A DNA stretch of 64,000 bases from an uncultured Ignavibacteriota bacterium. Its GTDB lineage: Bacteria > Bacteroidota > Ignavibacteria > Palsa-1295. Positions 1 to 7,191 of the stretch are shown piece after piece. Position 1 is the first letter of the stretch. Each line of letters begins with the position of its first letter. Under the pieces are notes generated by a model that made no database searches, had not been told where the DNA came from, and saw only the letters and a program-made list of their open reading frames with translations. Made by a program: the position numbers and the translations under genes. Where the stretch lies: the NCBI GenBank assembly GCA_903900335.1, contig CAIUMP010000056.1, forward strand, positions 157,020 to 221,019, given 5' to 3'.

Positions 1-297
1 CGTCACGGACTTGCTGATCTTTGCATCAAGCTGTTGGTATCTGCTCGCCGAGAAGCCAAGATAGCGCATCACCAATCCAGAGTCGCCAACCATCATTCCA
101 GTGTCGTTCGCGTGGTCGATCGTTCCAGCGAGGGCCGCGCCCCTGATCGTTAAGTGTGGTGGGTTAATGCGCGAGACCGATTGGGAATGCGCGGCCATTG
201 GCAAACGCAGCAGCGAAAGAAGGATCAGGATGACGCCGGGAATCAGAGAGAAAAACCGAGAAATCTGCCGACTTCGATCCCCATGTATGCTAGCCAT
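1..297 (-). CDS. partial CDS (N-terminal portion; the gene continues past the window's left edge): secreted hypothetical protein
   Basis: The minus-strand frame is open from the ATG (plus-strand 'cat' at 295-297) to position 1 with no stop (99 codons). The translation MASIHGDRSRQISRFFSLIPGVILILLSLLRLPMAAHSQ... has a basic n-region followed by a hydrophobic core, as expected for a signal peptide. It is absent from the ORF track because it has no in-window stop. Confidence 0.35.
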   Translation of the reverse strand, partial: MASIHGDRSRQISRFFSLIPGVILILLSLLRLPMAAHSQSVSRINPPHLTIRGAALAGTIDHANDTGMMVGDSGLVMRYLGFSASRYQQLDAKISKSVT

Positions 298-403
298 TAA
301 TCAGATCCTTACAGAATTTGAAACAACGTGACATCCCCGGCCTAGCGACCGGGGATGAGCCGTTTTCAATAACCAAACCGCCTACGAAGTACTGTACTGC
401 CCT

Positions 404-2674
404 TTACTTCTTTATGATCCTTATCTCGTGTGTCCCCTTTGCCGAACGTGCAACGACCGTGTACATCCCATCCGGAAGTTCGCTCGCGTTAAAGAACGCG
501 CTCCAACTTCCATCACCAAGCTGATGTGCAACGAGCGTAGCAACCTGACGACCCAATACATCGAAGGCTGTGAAACTCACTTCGCGTTCGTCGGGCGCGC
601 CTGGATAGTAGAGATCCGTCGTGCCATAAAATGGATTTTCGGACGCGGTCAGTTGTGCACTCTTTGGCGCTTCCGACGTGGCCACACCTTGTTGTGATCC
701 AAGCAACCAATCTATTGATCGCGCTGCGATGGTGGCTGCCAGCTTTTGGTCCGTGAACGCGTTGAGATTGAATCCTAAATATACCATCCTACCACCGGAC
801 TGCGGATGAGTATAACGGATTCCTGCTACTCGCGATGTGTTACTGTCGTAGTAGAAAATCGGACTGGAGTTGCTTCCCGGAGTAATAGAGAACGGGGCCG
901 AGTACTGACCACCAAATAACGTGGCGTTGATCCCACTTCCGATGGGATCCGACGTGCCCTGAACGTTGAAGTTGGAGAACTTTCCAGTATTCGTGTCAGC
1001 ACGATATTCCGTGAAGCGATACTTTATTCCCAACGTGTCCTCGAAGAACGACCGTGCATCGTCGGTCGATGCATACAGGTGATTCGGGTTGTTGGTGTCA
1101 TACTGCGCGGACATGGCATATTCTGATACATAGAAGACCGGCTTGCCAGCATTGAGCAAATTCTGAATTGCGTTCACAGTATTCGCTGGTGTTTGGAATA
1201 CTCCACCCATTGAAGGGTCGTTGTCAAAGATCGCGAAATTCATTTTCTCGATCGGCCATGCCAATATAGCATCTCCGATAAGTGGTATTGCTGCCGCACG
1301 AGATGCGAACTTATTCGGGAAAGCATGCTCTATGCTCGGGGTCAAGGCGAAGCCCGGAGTGTAATAGTACCCATATTGGGTATTATCTGAAAGGGCTGCG
1401 AGGAACACTTCAAAGTGGTGCGCATACGCTCCGGCCCGTTGCGGAATGGCGATGATGTACATAGCCGCGCAACCGGATTGATCAGGCGCAGTGATGGTCA
1501 CCTTGGCGTCAGTCGTGGTTCCGGGCCCGATGGTTATGGTCGATGGAGAGATAGCCGCGGACCACCCTTTAGGCATCCCATTGCTAGTATCCAATGATAA
1601 TCCGAGCGTCAGCGGTGCAGTGTTGTCGTTGTTCTGAAAGGTGATTGTCTCGCTGGTTTGTTGATTGCTCTTGACCGTGATATAATTGCCATCAGTAGGG
1701 AAGCCAAAGGCGTCAGCACCGATAACGGGAATCTTCGCTGCGGAAAGATGCGCCACTTCGGCATCGAACACCTGATTCATGGACGAATCCGTGGCGCTAT
1801 ACTCGTAGGCGATTCCAACGAGGCGAATATTATTTGGGTCGAGCGTGCTATCCGGAAGTACGAAGGTGAAGGTTTGCGAGTATTGTGCATCCGGCGCAAC
1901 CGTGGAGGGGATAACCCCTGCTTTGCCGCGGATCCCAGCCGGAGCTGTAAGGAAGACATACCGATGCTGCCAGCCATCGATCTTATACGGGGAGTTGTAA
2001 AATGGGTTGTTCGGCAGGTTCCCGCCAATGGGCTTGTCGGTCTTGGAATAATAATTTGTCTGATCGTAGCGTGTTCCCGCTGGGCCGCTCACGCTGTCTT
2101 CCGTTACCAGCAAGTTCATGCGAAAATCTCCACTCATCGCCTCGTGGAACGTGGTGGTGATCGTGGCGGAAACCTCATGTGTAGTCGGACTGAAAGTCAC
2201 ATTGCTTACACCGACCGTTGCGAGCGCCTTCGTGTTCAGCATGGTATCAACATATTGCGGATCCGACGCACTTCCGCCAAAGCCTGCCAAGTGCGTCCAG
2301 GTGCTAGGGTCAGCTGCCCACTTTGTATCACCCCAGAGCGATCGTTCAAGCCAACTTAGTGGGAAGCTGCTCACGGACTGCGCAACCACTTTTCCGTTAA
2401 TCAGCGAGTCCCCTTGGTTTGTACGCATCGGGTCGCCCGAGTGAAAGCAGACGACCGCCACCCGTCCCGGAAATCTCCGCTCCACCTCTTGGATCGCAAA
2501 ATTGCCGCGAACGCAGAACCCACACCACGAACCCGTGAACTCCTCAAGGTAACCACGGCGAACTTGAGCCTTCGCGCTCGAAATTGAACCTTCCGTGCTA
2601 AAAACACAAAGAATGGACAGGGTTAATAGCGCGGCGAAAACACGCCCTTTCAGGATTGAAGTAGTGTATTGCAT
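404..2674 (-). CDS. secreted protein with an N-terminal thioredoxin-fold-like module (WCGFC) and a C-terminal T9SS sorting domain
   Basis: ORF 404..2713. The signal peptide begins at the internal Met (MQYTTSILKGRVFAALLTLSILCVFS; ATG at 2674). A CxxC motif lies in 'EEFTGSWCGFCVRG'. The C-terminal ~80 aa (...FDVLGRQVATLV...GMYTVVARSAKGTHEIRIIKK) matches the Por/T9SS C-terminal-domain pattern. Confidence 0.6.
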   Translation of the reverse strand: MQYTTSILKGRVFAALLTLSILCVFSTEGSISSAKAQVRRGYLEEFTGSWCGFCVRGNFAIQEVERRFPGRVAVVCFHSGDPMRTNQGDSLINGKVVAQSVSSFPLSWLERSLWGDTKWAADPSTWTHLAGFGGSASDPQYVDTMLNTKALATVGVSNVTFSPTTHEVSATITTTFHEAMSGDFRMNLLVTEDSVSGPAGTRYDQTNYYSKTDKPIGGNLPNNPFYNSPYKIDGWQHRYVFLTAPAGIRGKAGVIPSTVAPDAQYSQTFTFVLPDSTLDPNNIRLVGIAYEYSATDSSMNQVFDAEVAHLSAAKIPVIGADAFGFPTDGNYITVKSNQQTSETITFQNNDNTAPLTLGLSLDTSNGMPKGWSAAISPSTITIGPGTTTDAKVTITAPDQSGCAAMYIIAIPQRAGAYAHHFEVFLAALSDNTQYGYYYTPGFALTPSIEHAFPNKFASRAAAIPLIGDAILAWPIEKMNFAIFDNDPSMGGVFQTPANTVNAIQNLLNAGKPVFYVSEYAMSAQYDTNNPNHLYASTDDARSFFEDTLGIKYRFTEYRADTNTGKFSNFNVQGTSDPIGSGINATLFGGQYSAPFSITPGSNSSPIFYYDSNTSRVAGIRYTHPQSGGRMVYLGFNLNAFTDQKLAATIAARSIDWLLGSQQGVATSEAPKSAQLTASENPFYGTTDLYYPGAPDEREVSFTAFDVLGRQVATLVAHQLGDGSWSAFFNASELPDGMYTVVARSAKGTHEIRIIKK

Positions 2675-3004
2675 TGCGAAGCTGAAGGAAATTGCCGCTC
2701 GCGACCTCGGCACATCTCCAATAATTGATTTTGGTTGTCACGCGTCCTACGTGGACACCGGACATATGACACCCGGACTTAAAGAGTGTGTGAATCCCCT
2801 TACGCGCGAATATACGCATTTTCTGCAACGACGGAATGAAAATCAGGAGCGCTCCCTGAAACGATCCTCTGGATTCCCCTGGACTACATCACGATCTCGG
2901 CGTCAAGATACTGTTATCTCTGAATCTTGATCGCGGCAACGCGGTTTAGCTTCGTCGAGCGTGCGCTCCTGCCTGACCTCCATCCTAACCAAGACTTATC
3001 ACTC

Positions 3005-3856
3005 ATGACCTTTCCCGTCTCCATCGTCGCTATTCTTCTCGGCATCGTCGAAGGACTCACGGAATTCCTTCCCGTCTCTTCAACCGGGCATCTCATCGTT
3101 GCGGATCATCTCCTCAAATTTCAAATGATGCTAGGCGATGCGGATAAGGCCGAGCTATTCGAAGTGGTGATTCAGCTTGGAGCGATCCTCGCCATTGGTG
3201 CCATTTACCGCAAGCGGCTTCTCGGCAGTCTCGGCGGGTTACTGGATATCGCCAGAACGCGCTCTACCCACAGCGCGGCTGGCAAGTTAGGCTTGAACAT
3301 CATACTTGCTTTCATGCCCGCCGGCGTTCTCGGCCTTGCTTTTCATCATATCATCAGTACCTACCTCTTCTCGCCGCTCACGGTCGGCATAACTCTCATT
3401 CTCGGTGGCGTCGCCATCATCATTATTGAAAAGCAAACTCGCGAAGATCTGCGCAGAATCACACTCGAAACCATGACTCCCGCAGATGCCCTTATCGTAG
3501 GCTTTGCTCAGGCGCTCTCGATGATACCCGGCACATCGCGTTCGGCGGCAACCATCATGGGCGGGATGCTGCGTGGCATCAAGCGTGCCTCAGCGACGGA
3601 GTTCTCATTCCTACTCGCATTTCCCACCATGCTCGCAGCCAGCGGATTCGAACTTCTCAAATATCGCCAGCTCCTTACCAGCGACATCCTCGGAATGATC
3701 GCCATCGGCTTCATCACCTCATTTGTGGTGGCGCTCGCCGTGGTGGCCTGGTTCATCCGCTACGTACAGCGGCATGAGTTCACCGGCTTCGGCATCTACC
3801 GCATCATCTTCGGCTGCTTGGTACTGGCGATGTGGGGAGCGCACTATTTGGGGTAG
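3005..3856 (+). CDS. uppP: undecaprenyl-diphosphate phosphatase (UppP/BacA)
   Basis: The translation MTFPVSIVAILLGIVEGLTEFLPVSSTGHLIVADHLL..., ~284 aa with multiple TM segments, has the conserved BacA/UppP motifs (EFLPVSSTGH and PGxSRSxxTI). The ORF-track frame 2927..3856 starts at an upstream TTG. The ATG of MTFPV is the more plausible start. Confidence 0.85.
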   Translation: MTFPVSIVAILLGIVEGLTEFLPVSSTGHLIVADHLLKFQMMLGDADKAELFEVVIQLGAILAIGAIYRKRLLGSLGGLLDIARTRSTHSAAGKLGLNIILAFMPAGVLGLAFHHIISTYLFSPLTVGITLILGGVAIIIIEKQTREDLRRITLETMTPADALIVGFAQALSMIPGTSRSAATIMGGMLRGIKRASATEFSFLLAFPTMLAASGFELLKYRQLLTSDILGMIAIGFITSFVVALAVVAWFIRYVQRHEFTGFGIYRIIFGCLVLAMWGAHYLG

Positions 3857-4165
3857 CCAGCGACTGCACAACGAGGCCACCGCTCCGGAGGCAACTTTTC
3901 ACTCTACTTCGGTCTTCCATTTTGAAATCCGAATTCAATTTGCAATGCGGAATAGTGCCCAATTCACGCTTCAATCGACAATTATGGCCGCTTCCCGCGT
4001 TGGCAGCCAATTTGTGGAATTGCTAATTCAGAAAGAGCTACTCACTCTCTAAAATGAGTCTTTTCTACAGGATGCTTATTCATCCAGGATCAGCTTCCAA
4101 CTTGAGATGGAAGCGGCCTCACCTTGACCTCCTACAGTCACATAAAGAACAGGGCGAGAGAACAG

Positions 4166-4203
4166 AAAGGCGAGTACTATTTTCAAAAATAGTAGTCGCC
4201 TTT
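4166..4203. repeat. 38-bp near-perfect palindrome (18-bp arms, 1 mismatch, 2-nt spacer) in a non-coding stretch
   Basis: The left arm aaaggcgagtactatttt and right arm aaaatagtagtcgccttt are reverse complements apart from one g/c mismatch. It lies in the ~690-nt ORF-poor gap between uppP and the AKR remnant. Confidence 0.5.
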
Positions 4204-4549
4204 CGCATTTCAGGACGGCAACTATTAGCCCACGCAACGACAAAGCCAATCCAGCAAACACCCCACTCTCTAAATCACCATTGTTTTGTGTGATGTAAAT
4301 TCGCGATTCATGAACTTCTCATATAAATCAACAACTTACAGCATTCTGTCTATAAGACAGAAAACGCTTTCCATAAATATTTTGCGGTTCCCGAACCCAC
4401 CAGCAATACGGTAGATCACCAAAGATTTCTCCCCGTCTTCCTCCCTGTGTAGCCCAGACTTTAGTCTGGGGCCCCGGAACGTCCTCGCAGACCGATGCAC
4501 AACCCGAGCCTACCGTCAGTCCCGGCATCCCTGCCCTACACCCCCCGGA

Positions 4550-4741
4550 GTGCCGTTAGGCACGAAGTACCCGCCGCCGAAGGTGCAGCTCGCGCTCGCC
4601 TGGGTACTCGCAAAAGGTGAAGACGTCATACCGATATCCCCGGCACCACGCGAGATCGAAGAGCTTGAGCGCGCCGTGCCTTACACCGAGGTCGTCGGCG
4701 AACGCTATGCCGCCGCGACGATGCGGACGGTGCAGGGGTAG
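4550..4741 (+). pseudogene. aldo/keto reductase 3'-terminal remnant (last ~55 codons, with an internal ~20-codon deletion)
   Basis: Its translation ...QLALAWVLAKGEDVIPIS-PAPREIEELERAVPYTEVVGERYAAATMRTVQG* aligns to the C-terminus of the AKR at 63677..64000 (...QLALAWVLAKGEDIIPIPGTKRRTYLEENAAAADVTLTPSEIEELERAVPHTEVVGERYAAATMRTVQG*). Nucleotide identity is roughly 85-90% by eye. There is no similarity upstream of ~4580 and no N-terminal AKR body. Confidence 0.6.
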
Positions 4742-4820
4742 GATGGTATCATGCGTGGGTCGGGCGTCCTCGCCCGACCCACCGCTTGAACTGTTTTTCA
4801 GCCGAACCGTTTTACATGAT

Positions 4821-5069
4821 ATGATTCAGACCCAGGTTAGCCTTTCCGAGAACACAGACGCACTTCTCGCCTCTTTTGCGCTTCGACAGGGCAAGAAAAA
4901 GGAAGAAATTATCGTCGAGGCTGTGGAGGCATTTGTCCATCCGCAGCTTACTCGCGAAGAGATTCTCGCGATGCGACGTCAGGCGCGCGGGATGTGGAAG
5001 GACCGGTCTGACTTGCCCGATTTCGACGCGTTGCGCCGGTCATCTGGAGAGGCACAATTCCGGTCCTAA
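4821..5069 (+). CDS. ribbon-helix-helix (CopG/Arc-like) antitoxin-like protein, 82 aa
   Basis: The only plausible part of track ORF 4617..5069 starts at the ATG at 4821: MIQTQVSLSENTDALLASFALRQGKKKEEIIVEAVEAFV... This is a short N-terminal beta-strand plus two helices, typical of RHH DNA-binding antitoxins. The C-terminal '...GMWKDRSDLPDFDALRRS' tail resembles VapB-type antitoxin tails as I recall them. The upstream 68 codons of the ORF overlap the AKR remnant in another frame. Confidence 0.45.
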   Translation: MIQTQVSLSENTDALLASFALRQGKKKEEIIVEAVEAFVHPQLTREEILAMRRQARGMWKDRSDLPDFDALRRSSGEAQFRS

Positions 5070-5134
5070 TTCGATCGAAATGTTTACCAGATTCTGAATG
5101 TCACTATGTGTCCAACAGCAGTCCCGACAACAAG

Positions 5135-6196
5135 ATGAGAAATTCTAAGAAGATATTTATTTGCTACTCACATCAGGATCAAAAGTGGCTCAAATGGCTT
5201 GATCCGATCTTAAAGCCACTCATCAGAGAGGGCACGGTTACTGAATGGAGTGACAGAAAAATCGATCCCGGCAAAAAGTGGAAGGAAGAGATTCGCGAGG
5301 CGCTTAGAACATCAGGAATTGCGATATTGATTATTAGCCAAGACTTCTTGGCATCGGATTTTATTTTCGAAAACGAACTCCCACCAATACTAGAGGCCGA
5401 GCAAGAGGAAGGATTAAGATTGCTTTGCATTTACGTTCGGCCCTGTGACATCGCTAGCTTCCCCCGTCTACTGGATTTTCAAGCTGTTAACGATCCCCAA
5501 AAACCTCTGGCTGAACTCGCCATCCCAGCGAGAGATCGAGTGGGCATTGTCATCGCAGAGAATATTAGGCAACATCAGACGTGGAAGACTGCGGGAGATC
5601 AAATTGAGAAGATATCGAAGGATGTCCCTGAAGGAACCGACGGGCTGGAGGATGATAAAGGCTTTTTAGAATACAAGGAGGACTCATTCGAGGCGATGAC
5701 AGAAATGAATGAGGTGATGGTTCGCATTGCGGAACTCACTTCGAAAGTCGGCCAAAAAGTAAATGTCCGTCAAGAGAGCCTCAATAGCATGATCACCAAG
5801 AAGGAAGATAACGTGAAATTGGCGATAAGTATTGTCAATGCTACCGCAATGGATGTTAACGAGTATTCGGAGCAACTTGAAAAGGAAGTCCCAATTCTGG
5901 AATCCAAAGCCGCGGCAATGCACGACAATCTCGTTCCATGGCTACGATGGAGACGAGAGGCAGGACACACAACCGACAATGACAGCTTTGGAAGTTCGGT
6001 GCTATCAATGATTCAAGCGGTCGAGCCTTCAATACTGCAAATGGAATCGTTTAGAGATTCAATGCTTGGGATGAAAGGAGCTTCGAAACCTTTGAATAAT
6101 GCCGTAGTTCGAGCGAGAATAATACTTGATCGCTTAATAGGTACCATGAAGAAGATTCAGACGGATTCGAAAGAGTATCTAACAATTCTAAATTAG
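5135..6196 (+). CDS. TIR-domain protein with an uncharacterised ~210-aa C-terminal domain
   Basis: The N-terminal ~140 aa hold a canonical bacterial TIR domain: KIFICYSHQDQKWLKWL...GTVTEWSDRKIDPGKKWKEEIREAL..SGIAILIISQDFLASDFIFENELPPILE. The rest (…DDKGFLEYKEDSFEAMTEMNEVMVRIAELTSK… to the end) is helix-rich with no motif I recognise. The track ORF starts at a GTG at 5108. The ATG at 5135 immediately precedes the TIR core. The gene is visibly AT-richer than the flanks. Confidence 0.8.
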   Translation: MRNSKKIFICYSHQDQKWLKWLDPILKPLIREGTVTEWSDRKIDPGKKWKEEIREALRTSGIAILIISQDFLASDFIFENELPPILEAEQEEGLRLLCIYVRPCDIASFPRLLDFQAVNDPQKPLAELAIPARDRVGIVIAENIRQHQTWKTAGDQIEKISKDVPEGTDGLEDDKGFLEYKEDSFEAMTEMNEVMVRIAELTSKVGQKVNVRQESLNSMITKKEDNVKLAISIVNATAMDVNEYSEQLEKEVPILESKAAAMHDNLVPWLRWRREAGHTTDNDSFGSSVLSMIQAVEPSILQMESFRDSMLGMKGASKPLNNAVVRARIILDRLIGTMKKIQTDSKEYLTILN

Positions 6197-6229
6197 CGAG
6201 TAGGCCACGCGTCCCCGCAAGTCTTCCTG

Positions 6230-7039
6230 CTATTCAATACTTACAGGGGCAAACGCCAATTCGAAACTACTAAACTTCCGAATTATTCGGAAAACATTTG
6301 GTCTCAATTTTCGAGCTCTAATTTTCTCGATCAGCACCGCCTCGTTTTCCTTACTTATACGCAATCCAAGAGTAACCGATTCTATAGTGTTTTCGGGTAT
6401 CGGAATAATTCTCTTAGCTCCATCGTGTAAGATCAACCTCCATTCTGACTCGTAGTCCCAATCGAGAAATTTGTGAGTGAAGGGCGCATAGTACCAATCC
6501 AGCGAAATATTGGGGTCGTAGGGATTTACCAAGGGACAGTCTGGACTGTAGACGATCCTCGGGAGAATTACATCTGCCTGCGTGCGGAGAAAGGAATAGA
6601 GAGGTGATGTTCGGTAACCAATGCAAAACCCTGTGTGATTCGCAGCATAATGTGACCACATAAGGATATTGCTCTCCTTCTCGGTTAAGGAAAATACGCC
6701 AGTCCTCTGTGACAGTTCCATTATCGCAGCCAGGTCTTCGGTTTGAGCTACTTGAAGATCCTTCGTTTGACCTATAAGCTCTAAATGCCGACTGCGGATT
6801 CGCTCCTCATCCCACGGCGGGTCGTTTACTTCGAGATTGCTCTTAAGCATATGCTCAAGAATCCTTTCGGACGACGCGCCACTGCTTCGGTACAGAATGG
6901 GGATTCCTGTATCAAATGGGTCATTAAACTCTGAGGGCGGCGAAAAATAAATCTCGTCTAGCGATTTTAAGCCGTAGCCAAGCTCATCGAAATGACGATA
7001 CTTGAACAGAATACGCGGAGGGTTTTTAGGATTGAACAT
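6230..7039 (-). CDS. DUF2971-family protein
   Basis: The Met-initiated product (ATG at 7039) is MFNPKNPPRILFKYRHFDELGYGLKSLDEIYFSPPSEFNDPFDTG… followed by …MWSHYAANHTGFCIGY…. These match the conserved N-terminal 'KYR…LYFS.P..FNDPFE' and 'WSHYA..H.G.C' signatures that I recall for DUF2971. It is convergent with the TIR gene and AT-rich. Confidence 0.6.
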   Translation of the reverse strand: MFNPKNPPRILFKYRHFDELGYGLKSLDEIYFSPPSEFNDPFDTGIPILYRSSGASSERILEHMLKSNLEVNDPPWDEERIRSRHLELIGQTKDLQVAQTEDLAAIMELSQRTGVFSLTEKESNILMWSHYAANHTGFCIGYRTSPLYSFLRTQADVILPRIVYSPDCPLVNPYDPNISLDWYYAPFTHKFLDWDYESEWRLILHDGAKRIIPIPENTIESVTLGLRISKENEAVLIEKIRARKLRPNVFRIIRKFSSFELAFAPVSIE

Positions 7040-7191
7040 TACTTGCAAAACCGGATGATTGCCGTTTTCGTCCCTTGCTGATTCTCGTGTATAGACTTGG
7101 TCATGAACGCAATCGTTCGATTCCCCCCGGCTCCATCCTCCCCGCACATTTGTTCACCTCCGCGCACATTCGAATGAGCAGATAAAACCCA

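Noticed and set aside
101-524. Small plus-strand ORFs 101..331 and 318..524 at the window start
   Set aside because: They have no recognisable features and overlap the more protein-like minus-strand signal-peptide ORF (1..297) and the 3' end of the T9SS cargo gene. They are probably spurious.
4617-4820. N-terminal 68 codons of track ORF 4617..5069
   Set aside because: This part overlaps the AKR 3' remnant in a different frame and encodes an Arg/Pro/Cys-rich, non-protein-like sequence. Only the portion from the ATG at 4821 (the RHH-like protein) looks real.
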